This document shows positions 13,532-26,509 of a stretch of DNA of 64,000 bases, piece by piece; position 1 is the stretch's first letter, and each line of letters starts with the position of its first letter. The stretch lies in contig NC_047032.1 in the NCBI RefSeq assembly GCF_902652985.1, positions 6,572,001-6,636,000 on the forward strand, read 5' to 3'. Both the position numbers and the translations under genes were made by a program. This DNA comes from Pecten maximus. Its lineage: Eukaryota. The notes under the pieces are model-generated. The model saw only the letters and a program-made list of their open reading frames with translations, searched no databases and was not told where the DNA came from.

Positions 13532-14557
13532 CTGAACTCTTGCTGATGGTTGTTTCCGTTACTCTGGTTGTCAATCGATCGTTTCTGCCTTGTTTTTTTT
13601 TTTTATCTTTTGATGGAAGTCATGTTGTAAGCGGAGTCTAGAATGAAAACAGAGAATGAATGTCCATGTTCCAATGTCACTGACACACGTTATGTACCGT
13701 ATAAATTGTCATATGATGGGGTTTTTTTTAAAATTAGTACAGATAAATATAAAAGGAAAACATGATTTATTCTTAATGCTTCAACTGAAGAAACGGCCAG
13801 ATTGTTGTTTTCATTGACTTACGGTAAACCATCGGTTAGTTAGTAAAATGATAGTATTTTATGTAATTCAATGTTAATTGATCGTTAAACTTTCTTCATT
13901 TCGCGATTATATTGATGGTTTCCGCTCGGGCATTATGTAGCTATAGGTCCCGAAACAGTACACGTATCATTTGTGACACTAAAGTTAAACAGATTTGTAT
14001 ATAAAGGCTAGACACGTAAATGTTGAGTCTCCGCATAGTTATATGTTTATTTGAATCGGAAACTATCGATATATTATTGTAATGAATGCTCCGTTTAATA
14101 CATTGAAAGCATAGTCTAAATAACCTGTTGCGTTTACGAAAGCACTACTGAAAAAATGGATGATATAATATGCTGATAAAATTAGGTCAGAATATCAACA
14201 TGTCTGCTTTTAAATATGCCTATATACCTGCAAAATTATCCATCACTAATTGGACACCTGTTGATTGTTTGACTGAATATGAATGCTTATCACGTCATTC
14301 AGCATGACCGGACTGCAAATCCTTTCAACTTTACCGAAAGCGACACCTCTCGTGGCCTGTTTACCTAGCGTGAGGGCGCAGGTTTTCAGCTAATACCTTG
14401 ATTGGTAGTAATTAAGAGATGTCCAGTCACAATTAAATAAACAAAATGCTTAGTTAGCACTATATTTGACAATACACGGATAATTTCTTAGTTTGCCATA
14501 CAGCGCGAATACTAATATCGTATGTTTGATGCATATTGTAAGTATTGAACAGTTCAG

Positions 14558-14757
14558 TTCCGACACTTTATCACTAGCCCTCCACCTCATGGGTTTGCGA
14601 GTTTGAAACCTATGTGGGGCAGTTGCCAGGTACTGACTGTAGGCCGGTGGTTTTTCTCCGGGTACTCCAGCTTTCCTCCACCTTTAAAACCTGGCACGTC
14701 CTTAAATGACCATATGGCTGTTAATAGGACGTTAAACAAAAACAAACAAACCAAACA
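14558..14757 (+). mobile_element. 5'-truncated tRNA-derived SINE, same family as 27455 and 39288
   Basis: ggtggtttttctccgggtactcc core and aataggacgttaaacaaaaacaaac tail shared with the full copies. Confidence 0.85.
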
Positions 14758-17700
14758 GTTCAAATATCATTAATCATTTACTAAATGTCTCCACTGCAAC
14801 ACGTGTGATTTTTCTTCCAAAATGTAAACAGTTATTGATATCTAATTTGTAGTGTTAATTTCCCTCCAGTATATTTCCCATGTAAGTTCCTTGCTTTCTG
14901 CATTTTCAATTTCTACTGGCCCGTTTGCACAGAGAAAGACCATGCGTATGGTTATTAATTGTAACACACAATAGTACTTGCTTGTGACTCTCAACATACA
15001 AGGAGACGGTGGTGATATTGGTTAAATTGAGAGCCATAGAGGGATGTCAAGGTGGGAGATAGAATGTGTGGGTTGTAAAGGGTGTGTGCATGTGTTGGGG
15101 GAGGGGGAGGGGAAAGGGGGGGGGGGGGGTATTTTTATCTGTTAGAGCCACGAAGAAACGAATACATTTCAGAGTATGCATAAATATTTATGTTTCCTGT
15201 TCCGACAGAAAATGTTTGTCCAAATAAAACTACTAGATTCAAATTAAGAGGCATGTTAACAATCAGTTCACGATTCTTTACAACATATACAACGTTGGTA
15301 ATCAGTATTGTTAACACAAAACAATTCACTTTTTAAAGTACAAATTGTACTAGAATCTATTACCATATAAAAAGGCAAAATTGTGTCTCGAATGACGTTT
15401 CCGATGAGAACGTGGCACTACCACGGATAGTTAAAGGTACATTGTAACTGGTTACACAGTCTAACAGCAGAAGTAAAGAAGGATGCATTATATCTCAGGT
15501 GACGATTCCTTCTGTTAATGAATTGTGTTTCTTAAATATTGTTTTTATCAAATGAACATTTTGATGTTTTGTTTTATATCCTTTACGATTTACATGGATC
15601 GTAAGGGTTATTGATTACGGTATATTGATTAAATTGTAAAACTGAATCTTAATTGTTCTTTGTCCTATCAGTAAAACGACAAATATAATACCAATACAAT
15701 AAGAAAGAAACAAACCATATTTAAAAATGATCAATGTTTTCTTTCCATCCTTTGTGTGATATTGGTGTTTGTATCTTTATTTATAACATATGAGTGTTAA
15801 ACTTGTAATATCCAACACCAGGGTCTCCATTGTTGCATTTTTCGTGTACCATTGTTATGGGAACATTTGGTTGCTAAGACAAGAAATGGTTACACAGAAA
15901 TATCAATTATATGTTGTCTCTGCTACCTTTATATTTACTGTACTTTCATCAATCATCTTGAAACATCAAACATGCACTTTCTGTGCCCATATGATAGAAA
16001 TCATATACCGTTGCTATGGAGAAACTTTCGTTGTTAATGCGTTGCTAGGAAAACTCAAAAACTTGTTTGGTCACATTAAAGTAAACATATGTTCAAAGAT
16101 ATTTTAAAACTAAACAATATTCATTGGAATGTATAAAGCATTTCGAACTAACAACTAATATAAGATGTTGTAGTACACATTTCAATATCACTAAAATGTG
16201 TAAATAGACTGTATATACTGTATAAACAAGGTGGGTTTCCAGGTCTGTTGCTAGACAACGTGAAGGAAAAATTCTTTAAAACTGCATTTTTTATAAATCT
16301 CATATATCCATGTATGCACAGTATAACATTGAAAAGATCTAAGATGGGGCCAAAAATGGCCCTTAATGCATCTACTCCTTTGCATGATCGAGTATCGATT
16401 GCAGCATCTCTGCCGATTCGGTCAAACATCGAGCCTTGTTGTCTTGCATCAGGCCATGTAATATTGTCACTCCTGAGGGTTGGGGTTAATCAACGCTACA
16501 CATGAGAGCAGATGGTGACCAGCACATTAGCACGCGCCTTTGGTCTACATACATATATAGATTGTAAACAAGAAATAGTTTTAATGCTCGTGGTTATGAT
16601 GTAAAACTACTGGTGAAATAAATCAATGAACTAATGCGTTTCAGCACGGATAAAAAAATTTATATCAGTTTGAATCATTTTTGGTGATAATAAGACTGCA
16701 TCTCAATCAGGAATTTAATTTCATTAATGTGTCATTTGAAAAGATACATCCACTTATTCAGCTTGCATTCAAACTTAATTTTGTTTCGTTTTTAACTGGA
16801 TATCTGCATTTTGTATTTACCGCTACATTGACCGTTCACATATTTCATCTTGACCAGAAACGCCACCTGTCGCGTCATATCTGGGGCCAAAAGTATATTA
16901 TACGGCAATGCCGAAAAACATCTACACAATTGGGCGACGACGTTATATTCTGTATTATTATACTTAAACTATATAACGCAGTCAGGGATTGGTTAAGAGC
17001 CGTCACGTGTCAGAGAGACTACACTTCGTGTCTCCCTCGCGTGCCTTGAGTCATGTCCAATTTCTCATGTCTCCCCATGCGGAGCCCCTCGCGTGATTTT
17101 TTCTAGTTGTTCGTGATAAGGTGTTCCAATCTGCGTTGATCAAACATGGCAGACGACAGACGCTTTCATTTGGCAGACGTATGTATGTATTTTTGTTGAT
17201 TCTGTTTTTCGGTATAATAAACCGAAATATGACATGCCTTGGGTAAATAAATCGTCATGTCTCCCTACACGAGGGCAGTAAATGTATAAAACATACTGTA
17301 TTGGTTTCATGACAGCATGGTATCTTTATTGATTAAATTAATGGTCTGTTTCAAAAAATGTCTAAAATCCATTTCATATGGATGAAAAGATCATATGACA
17401 ATTCGTCTCGTCCCATTATAGTTGTCTTTAGTCCCATTAGATAGCAAATGGGGCTATAGAGTGCTGGACAAACAATCGCTTAAGTGGTCGATACTGGGTT
17501 GATGAAATGGCAACAGGGACAACAGTGTGAGGTGTTGCTTATACATACTCTCCCAGCTTCTGAGGTTGGTTTAGGTTTGGAAGCAAATGATAAGACCAAA
17601 ACTAAACCGGTCTCAATGAATTAATAGGTAAGTAATTTTGTTTTTAATGAGGACAAATTACAATAATCGTTATATATTTAGAGTGTGGAAAAAGCTCAAA

Positions 17701-17906
17701 GTTGATCTGTGTTCATATTAATGTTCTCAGATCAAGATAACCACCTAGAATCACTAACATGTGTGTGACACTGGAACGCATCTGTGTTTTGTATACTGCA
17801 TACTCCATGGGGCTTATATTTTGCGGTTGTTTCCTTTAACTAGTTCATGGGTATCTACTTTCGCGCAAGAAACCTTGTTGCTACCATTCCTGGATGGAGC
17901 CATAAA

Positions 17907-17940
<34 letters not shown>

Positions 17941-19298
17941 GTCTGTTGTAATAAATTCTTCGCGTGTATTTATTTTCGCGAATATAGCAAAATTATCTTC
18001 CCTGCAAATATTACCAAATATGTTGTATTCACGGTGAAGGCCACCAATATTCATGTTTCGCTCTGTGACACTTTTCATTGTAAAAGAACCAATATATAAA
18101 GGCCACCTGCCTACAAGGAACACTTTCTCGGTTTTGACTGTACATATGTATATTGAGGAATATCATTAAATTCGGACTGACCTCATAATCCCGACATTGA
18201 ATACTGATGTGATCCTTTGGGTGTGTTAATCTATCCGGACTGCAGTTTGTCTGTTTAGAATGAAACGTATATTCTAGCATTGTCCTTTTTTGGTTATTTG
18301 TTTAACTTTAAAAAAAATCATGAATTTTATCGCGACAGGTCGTTACAGTCTAGTATGATAATTATCTAAATCACCACTGTTTTATTTTACAATTTGAAAA
18401 TATTATCGAAAAGTCATACCATTTCAAGATTTCAGCTAGATCAGAATTAAAACTGAGGTAGTGTTCCTGCTGTTAATTAAGTAAATAAAGATATTTTCTA
18501 TGTGCTCATTAAAAATATATTGAAAACCAAATTTTGGTTTTAAACTATCTGTCATACAATTAAAGTCTTATATGTCATACCCAAATCACTTTCATCAATT
18601 TCTAATAACTTTGTATCAGTATCTCTATACATATATTACTCTTACTTATAAAAGATGGGGGTTTCTTACTAATAAAACGCATGCCAATTATTTGTTAACA
18701 AACCAAAAAAGATGGGGGTTTCTTACGAATAAAACGCCCCATATACATGTAAGTAAGCTTTTACATTATACACACAAGTAAAACAATCATATCAATAGAC
18801 ATATAAGTACAAGAAATATTTTTCGTTAACGTACAAGTAAAACTATAATATGAAATGCAATCCACCATACATCCTAACTTTAGGAGGACATTAAAGCAGG
18901 GGAGGAGGTGGGTATTAGCAAAATACTTGGATAAACCAATTTTTCCTGGCAGTGAAAAGTTTCTGTAGTAGTCACGTGATCATCCAAATCAAAACATCAC
19001 GTGACTATCCATTCTGGAGATACTAAAAGCCGAAACGGAAAATCTTAACAATCCGGAAACTATATCAAATACCACACTTAACTAATAACAAAGCCGGACT
19101 AATATATCAGTCCCGAAACTCACTAATTACATATCAAATAGATGATATAAATACACACGATTGGGATTCATACCGCTGGTTTTGTTTTCGTTTCAGACCC
19201 TACATATCGTGACTCCATTGATTACGTCAAATTCATCAGCGACAATCTGGTAATAATGAACAGTCCAGAATAGGAAACAATACCAGCAAGTGTTCAGG

Positions 19299-20582
19299 AT
19301 GAAAGGGGCTAACCATATCGTCACTCTGTTTATATTTTTCCATTGTCACGTGATTCTACACGTGACCGGATCCGTAGAGAATATGACTCGACTTATGGAC
19401 GATGTGTTCACCAACTATAACAAAGAGATACGTCCAGCCCGGGCCACCCAAGATACCGTGACGGTTTCTACAACACTCTTTCTTCTCTCAATTATTGATG
19501 TTGATGAGGTGTCTGGATCAATCACTCTGAGTGGAGGACTTAGCATTTTCTGGATAGACTTTAGGTTGTCATGGCAACCAGCCGACTACGGTGGGTTAAC
19601 TTACCTCATGGTGAACTCCTCCAAGGTTTGGACACCGCATATTTTTCTGCTAACATCTTCGGCAGAAATGGAAAAGTTCAGTCTCCACGAGTACGATATC
19701 AGGATTCACGAATCTGGTTTGCTTAGCGTAAGTGCAGGAAAATTGATTAGATCGAGCTGTACTATAGACATGACAAACTTCCCCCTGGACTCTCAAACGT
19801 GTTCGTTGGTAGTTATTCCCTGGGGGTATCTTGCGACAGAGATCAATCTCACATATATAGACCACAGTTTCGAAACAAGATTCTTAAGCCCTAATGGCGA
19901 ATGGGACATTGAGAGCAAATCATCAGAAACAGTAGATGACCCTACATATATCACTAATGCAGTTGCTTTCAATTTAGGGTTGAAAAGAAAATCTGCATAC
20001 TTTGTGATCTCGATGGTCTTACCAGTGTATATCCTTTGTTTCCTCAACCCGTTCGTCTTTCTCTTGCCGGCCGCGTCGGGTGAGAGGATTTCCTTCACAA
20101 TCACCATGTTCCTGTCTCTGGCGGTCTATATGACACTTGTCGGGGACAACATGCCGAAGGTTTCCGAGCCCATGGCGGGTATCTCCTACTTTCTACTGGT
20201 ATCAATGATCTACAGCTGTGTGTTGATAATACTCACAATATTCACTCTTCGCTGGCATGCCAGGAATGATGCAAGTCACTTTCCAAAATGGCTGAGACGG
20301 TTCGTGTTACTGCTGAAGAAAAAAGACTTTAAGATAACAGAACCTTCCAATCACAACGATAGAGCCGAAAAAGACAATTACATCTCTGGACAGAACGGCA
20401 TACAGCATCGTGATATCAACATTGAACTGTACGACGGAGGCAAGAAAAATAATTTTCTGAATAATCCGACAAATTTGGAAAAAGAGGACGTCGTAGATTT
20501 AATTGATAATGCTTTGTTTGTGATCTCGGAGATTGCAGTTGTTGGAATGATTTTTGGGTTCACATATGGATATTACAGATGA
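19299..20582 (+). CDS. Neuronal acetylcholine receptor-like (Cys-loop LGIC) subunit, non-alpha type, intronless CDS, ~427 aa
   Basis: ATG at 19299 (the track starts at an upstream GTG). Signal peptide, Cys-loop CTIDMTNFPLDSQTC, PWGY, NGEW, GERIS-M2, four TM segments, no loop-C CC. 5'-UTR acceptor ttttcgtttcag at 19196. Confidence 0.95.
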   Translation: MKGANHIVTLFIFFHCHVILHVTGSVENMTRLMDDVFTNYNKEIRPARATQDTVTVSTTLFLLSIIDVDEVSGSITLSGGLSIFWIDFRLSWQPADYGGLTYLMVNSSKVWTPHIFLLTSSAEMEKFSLHEYDIRIHESGLLSVSAGKLIRSSCTIDMTNFPLDSQTCSLVVIPWGYLATEINLTYIDHSFETRFLSPNGEWDIESKSSETVDDPTYITNAVAFNLGLKRKSAYFVISMVLPVYILCFLNPFVFLLPAASGERISFTITMFLSLAVYMTLVGDNMPKVSEPMAGISYFLLVSMIYSCVLIILTIFTLRWHARNDASHFPKWLRRFVLLLKKKDFKITEPSNHNDRAEKDNYISGQNGIQHRDINIELYDGGKKNNFLNNPTNLEKEDVVDLIDNALFVISEIAVVGMIFGFTYGYYR

Positions 20583-20824
20583 CTTCAATGTAGGTTTGGT
20601 ACTTTATTTCTCATCCTTATGAGATACAAACTCTCTGTATGGAGACAAACTTTGTCCATTTTTTTCAATTTTGGTTTTAAATTAAGCTGGTGAATATCCT
20701 AAAATTTAGATATTCTGTACTGGTATCATATCGGTCAGAACGGCTGTGTATTCTGATAATATCTTACATGTGTAACTTTGACACGTGGAAAATAATACCT
20801 GGTGATCATCCGGGAACCTACATT

Positions 20825-23417
20825 TGTTATATATATGGTATATATATATATATATTATCAACCATCAAGTGTGTATCCGGAATTAATCAATATCACCTTT
20901 TTATGTTAGTATGTTTATTGTTCCGTAATTTGTGTCCGTCCATCACCGGAAGTTGTTTTTATGTTTAGTTGAAGAAGAATAAAATATAAGTTGGAGGCAC
21001 CACGTGTTAGAGATTTTATATTGTACACACAGCCAAGCAAACCCCAAACACAACATGGAGGAGAATCCAGATCCCGGATGACAATGTGAGAGACATCAGA
21101 AACTGTCAGCTGTTGCTGACGAGTTCGTATTGTAGATAATGTAAATAATATGTGTCGGTGATGGAGCACGTGGTTCGTCTGTTGAAACTTGAAAGTGTCG
21201 TCAATCGTCATGTAATTGTTTGAACTTTTGATTTTTTTTTTGTCTTCGTGAAATCAACAAAATCCCAGGACACACCCATATATAGTTTTGTAAGAAATCA
21301 TCGTCATGTGTCTGTAAGAACGTCAACATGATTGGACAAATCCGTCGAATGGAGAAGTGCTGGTACTAGTACAACTGCACAGGCTACCTGAAGTTCCGCC
21401 ATGATCTGGACGGGCAATCTACACTAACAGTGACGATGAACACATGAAACGTATCATTTAGTTTCATTTATTTATCAACATCCATTAATATGTATCTATA
21501 TATGAAGATCACCATCTCTGATGTGGTGAACCGACGTTGTTTATATATGTGTTTCGTCAAGTAACTTTCCAGCGACATACTAGGAGTGTGCATGTGACCA
21601 CCATTCTCGTACCCTCTGTGATCCCTTCCTTTGAAGATGATGTCGAGTCCTAGGCCTACTGTCAAGGAAGTTTTAGAGTTTTATAGTAACTTTCCTGATT
21701 GCTGAATTAATAATAACATCAAAATCCAGTTCAACATGTTGACTTTGAAAAAAGTTTTTAGCTATGATCACTTCAGATCAGGTTTCAGTGTATTGAACAA
21801 TGCCTTTGGACACACAGTCAAGATTCATTTGAAAAAAAATTTAGTGCATTAAACATTTAATGTTGTGATATCTTAGTTAACTGATACATATTGATTGTCT
21901 TTAAAATAAGTGGTTTATTATCATTAACATTGCAATTGAAACACTAGATATTATACATCTTGTAAATTTGCTTTTTACTACATTAGTATTCCATAATGGT
22001 ATATTTTACCTTTTATCTAGCTCTTGATTTGTCAGTGTTTTAACATTATTATTACCCTCTAGTCATGACAATACAGTATTATATTGCACAACATCATTGT
22101 TTTCTAAATGTTAATGAATGTTTTTCTCAGATAAATTATATCGGAAATATACTATAATTTTCAAGAGCGAAATCTCTGCTGATATTACTGTGGATCACAT
22201 GTCATATTTGGTTAACATTTTTAAAGTATGAGCATATAATCAATAAGTATGTCAACTGTATTATGTAGTTACATGGATTTCGGGTAGTATTATATTGTAC
22301 ATTGTAATGTTTTTGGAACTTTGGTGATTTCATGCTGGTAGTATTTGGTGGTAATTGATATATGTTCTGATATTGTGATTATTTATGAACCACAAGGCCA
22401 TGCCGAGATATTTTTCAGCGCATATACATGTATAGCTACAGTAAGGCTGATAGGGATAGATATAAAGCTGGCAGGTTAATGTATATTTTGTGTAATTATT
22501 GCAAGTTTTATTATGGTCAATTTCTCTATAACTTTAAATCACATGGTCTTAGGACGCAACATGATGATAATGTAATAGTAAACAGTTAGTTGAGTATTGC
22601 CAGAACAAACTATAAATTGATGACTGACATTTATGTATGTATTTTAATTTGTATTGTTGAATCTTGAGCTTGATAAAATGTTAACTAAATAAATGCTACT
22701 TATAAAACTTTATATTAATATCCAATTTAATTACTCCATCCTTGAAACTACATTGGTACTAATAGCTGAGACTTGTATAAGCATGGTTAAAAGTTTTTGA
22801 CTATATAAAACTTTTATTTCCATTTTTACCAGAAAATGTTATTATAAGATATAAAGTGATAGAATTGACAAATTGTTCAGACAATGTATCATAGTGTGAT
22901 TGTGTACTTGTAGTTTGGCGCCAGCTCAAGTGATTCTAAGAGGTTTGTGCGTAACTTTGGTCTGCAGTAATTTCTCATTTTTACCAAATTATATTTTGAG
23001 TATTCACATTCATAAACTTTATAATATAATTATATATTGAAAGGTCCTCTGTCCTGTTCTCTTTTTATAAAACAAATCATGCACATGTTCATATTTTTTT
23101 CAAATTGAATACTCTTGTAAAGTTAGAATACTCACTTGATGGTAACTATTTCAAAATTGGGGACCAATTTTTGTTTTGCGGGGGGATGTTATATATATGG
23201 TATATATATATATATATTATCAACCATCAAGTGTGTATCCGGAATTAATCAATATCACCTTTTTATGTTAGTATGTTTATTGTTCCGTAATTTGTGTCCG
23301 TCCATCACCGGAAGTTGTTTTTATGTTTAGTTGAAGAAGAATAAAATATAAGTTGGAGGCACCACGTGTTAGAGATTTTATATTGTACACACAGCCAAGC
23401 AAACCCCAAACACAACA
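20825..23417 (+). mobile_element. Non-autonomous LTR retrotransposon (TRIM/LARD-like, Gypsy-type signals), 2.6 kb
   Basis: Two 231-bp TG...CA LTRs (20825-21055, 23187-23417), identical by eye; TSD CATT on both sides; PBS tggaggagaat at 21056; purine tract gcgggggga before the 3' LTR; no long internal ORF. Confidence 0.92.
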
Positions 23418-23447
23418 CATTTAACAACATACGATGTATGTTTGGAA

Positions 23448-23720
23448 TCACGGTGGTCGAATGGTAGGACGCAAGACTGTGCGACCGAATGGTTGCTATA
23501 GTTCGAGTCTCGGCACGGACGCTGTTTGTATCATTGAACGAGATACTTTGCTCCGTTGTGTTCCAGTCAACTCAGCTGTAAATAAGTACGTGTAAGGGCA
23601 GTGCAAGAAATGTCGTGTGTAAGATGTTTGCGCCGAAATGGCAGCTCCGACTGCATTCTCTCTAGGGAGTTGAGAAAGACATTGGCTGATTGCTCAAGGT
23701 CCAATAACTACGGATAATAA
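23448..23720 (+). mobile_element. Degenerate tRNA-derived SINE with CORE-like domain
   Basis: A-box-like ggtggtcgaatggt, B-box-like agttcgagtc, then tgtatcattgaacgagatacttt...actcagctgtaaataagtac. Confidence 0.55.
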
Positions 23721-24050
23721 TCAAAGTAATATAACGTTAATACGACACACAATAACCACCTAAAAAGGCACAAACAGGATGACGAATGGAAAGAGTGTAT
23801 AAAAAATAAACTACTGGTATAAAAGTATCAGGTACAACACATAATGCACTACCGGTGTATATGAAAATATAGGAAATCGTGATTACAGGCACAGTGGTAT
23901 ATAAAACTCAAAATTATTGTCATACAATGTTTTATTACATGACATTGAGTTGGAACGAGCCAGGGCATTTGCGTCTTAATCAGAACGGCCATATTGACCT
24001 TTAACCTCGCCGATGACCACCAGTATATGATCAAAATTAGATTCACCAGT

Positions 24051-24400
24051 GGTCCGTTCGATTCACTGTCTGGACTATTCCGGACAGTTAGGACAGCGAT
24101 CGAACGGAACGGAACGGAACACTGCCCGACACAAATGTTGGTGTGGCAAACACAGTGACGTCATCCATCATGGCCGACGGTAACATGTTTAACAAATGTG
24201 CATCAACAGGTATTAAAAAAAAAGAAAAAATACAAATAATACAATAAAAAATCTCATCCATCACGATAGAAGCTATATTCTTTTTAAGGTACTGTCGGTC
24301 ATGTCTTTCACTTCCTTACTGGGACAGTGCCCATGCATTCGATTGAGAACAAATCACACACAAGTTTGGAACATGTGCCAGACAGTGAATCGATCCTACC
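24051..24400. mobile_element. MITE with terminal inverted repeats
   Basis: tcgattcactgtctgg (24058) and ccagacagtgaatcga (24378) are an inverted pair. Confidence 0.6.
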
Positions 24401-24644
24401 CTTGATTTTATGATATATGAACCAAATATGTTGAAGGGTTCTTAATCTCAATTAAGATATGTTATTGATACAGAATGACAGGGATGCGTTGTCCAAGGGT
24501 ATCAATATTTATATACAAACACTCCCTCGCGAAAAATACGATCGCATTCAAAAACTTCTGTGGAAATGTAACATAAAAATCTGTAATAATGTCACGTAAC
24601 CAGAGCTGCAAGTCATGTCGATGTATACATACTAATTTTGTATT

Positions 24645-24700
24645 TGTTTGTTTGTTTTTGTTTAACGTCCTATTAACAGCCAGGGTCATTTAAGGACGTG
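24645..24700 (-). mobile_element. Heavily 5'-truncated SINE 3' tail
   Basis: Matches the 3' end of the 27455 SINE; flanked by the direct repeat ttttgtatt (TSD). Confidence 0.75.
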
Positions 24701-24794
24701 TTTTGTATTAATGATGCCACTGTGATAATAAAGCATCAAAGGTAAATAGGCATTTAATTGTTTATTTACACGATATAATAATGAAATGATATCG

Positions 24795-25280
24795 TGGTCG
24801 TATGGTCGGGTGGCACAGTGGCAACATATATATACACTTGCCTTTCACCTTTCGGCCAGGATCCGTTTCCCGGTTGAGTGGTCGAGTGGCACAGTGGTAG
24901 CATACCTACCTTTCACCTTTCGACCAGGATTCGTTTCCCTGATCGTACGTGGAAATGTACTTGTATGCACAGGCGCTTGCATAGAAAATGTGATTTTCAA
25001 TTTTTTTTTTATATGACAGTGGTATGTATGATCTGTTAAGTAATTTTGACAGTGGTATGTGTAATCTGTTAAGTACTTAACAGATTACACATACCACTGT
25101 CATATAAAAAAAAAATTGAAAGTCACATTTTCTATGCAAGCGCCTGTGCATTTATGGGATCACTTGCCCGATCACGTGTGTTTTCTCCGATTTCTCTACT
25201 CTAAGACCCCTCGCGCGCTTTTATCCGGACCAGACAGTGTGATTTGTTTAAGTTAGTATAACTTCTTTCACAATGGCTGT
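24795..25280 (+). mobile_element. Degenerate SINE with a duplicated tRNA-like head, interrupted by a foldback element
   Basis: Two copies of ggtcg(a/g)gtggcacagtgg...cctttcacctttcg; Meta-like gttttctccg downstream. Confidence 0.5.
24965..25151. repeat. Near-perfect palindrome / foldback MITE
   Basis: atgcacaggcgcttgcatagaaaatgtga... is mirrored by ...tcacattttctatgcaagcgcctgtgcat; centre aagt|actt at 25074/25075. Confidence 0.85.
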
Positions 25281-25931
25281 AAACTAAATAAAGTTTATAT
25301 AAATGATATCGTTACAAAGTGTGGCTTTGACTCTGTATTTTCTGTCTTGTTTTTATGGCGTGGTGCCTTACAGCTGTTTGTTCTTCGATCTAAGTATTGG
25401 GTAAATCTCAAAAGGATCATTAAAAATCGCAATTAGTACAAGACTTCACTGTCAATGTCCATTTACAAAATCAACATGTTTCAGGTTCTAAATGTTTTTA
25501 TCTAGCGGTGCTATTAGGAATTTTTTTTTTCTGGTGCAATACTAGTAGGATGTGATTTCAATTGGATTTGATAAAATAATATAAAAGTAACACTATGCTG
25601 TTGCTGGTACATAAAATGAATCTGTTATGCATGAAAGACGATATAGTCGTGACGTCGACGTTATCGTAGTCAGACCTGGTTCGCCAGGAACTACATTTTG
25701 CACAACCACACCTTTGTAATCATTATGAAGAAAACATTTCTGTACGTTTCAGTGTGTATCTGAACATTCGCGGAGTATTTATTTTTGCGCTAATTAAATT
25801 CCCCGCGAATATTACAAACTTAACAGTATGTTTGTGACCTCCCTTTTACATGATAATAATGATATTTCGATACGATTTCACCCGATATGTCCAGTCTTCA
25901 TAGGACCAATGAGTGTTAAAAGGATGCTAAT

Positions 25932-26285
25932 TTGGTTTGGTTTAGTAATGTTTAACGTTCTATTAACAGCTAAGGTCATTTAAAAAAGTTTTTCTCTGTG
26001 TGCGAGATACATGCACGATGAATGTTTTTGGAGGCTGCGATATGTTCATAGATATTTTCTTATGATAGCAGGTTTTTGATGTCGACTCCATAGTGCTACA
26101 TGTACGTCACTGAAGCATACTATCGAGGACACCCAGCAGGACACTCCACTCGGTCACATTATACTTTGACTCCCAAAAAAGCCGATCGCAGGAATGATGA
26201 CTATCATTTTACATACTCTGGTATGTCTCGGGCAGGGGACAGAACCTAAAGCCTTCCTCACTTGGTGCAAACGCTCAACTAAAGG
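25932..26285 (-). mobile_element. Degenerate tRNA-derived SINE of a second family that shares the same 3' tail
   Basis: Tail gtttaacgttctattaacagc; core cggtcacattatact; tRNA-like head near 26220-26280. Confidence 0.55.
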
Positions 26286-26509
26286 CAAAAAAGTGAGGCA
26301 ATGTCATGAAAAAAATAGGAAGAAGTTGTTTAGGAAGAAGAGAAAAGATAAGATCCTAAATTCAGTCGCCTCTCACCAAATGGATGCGCAACAGTAACAA
26401 TTCTTTTGACCTACCTACAGGGCATTAAAGATGTTAAAACAACAGCCAATTAAACTGATACGTACTATGTGTTTACTGAGAGTGATAACCTCTACACTCA
26501 ATATGAATA

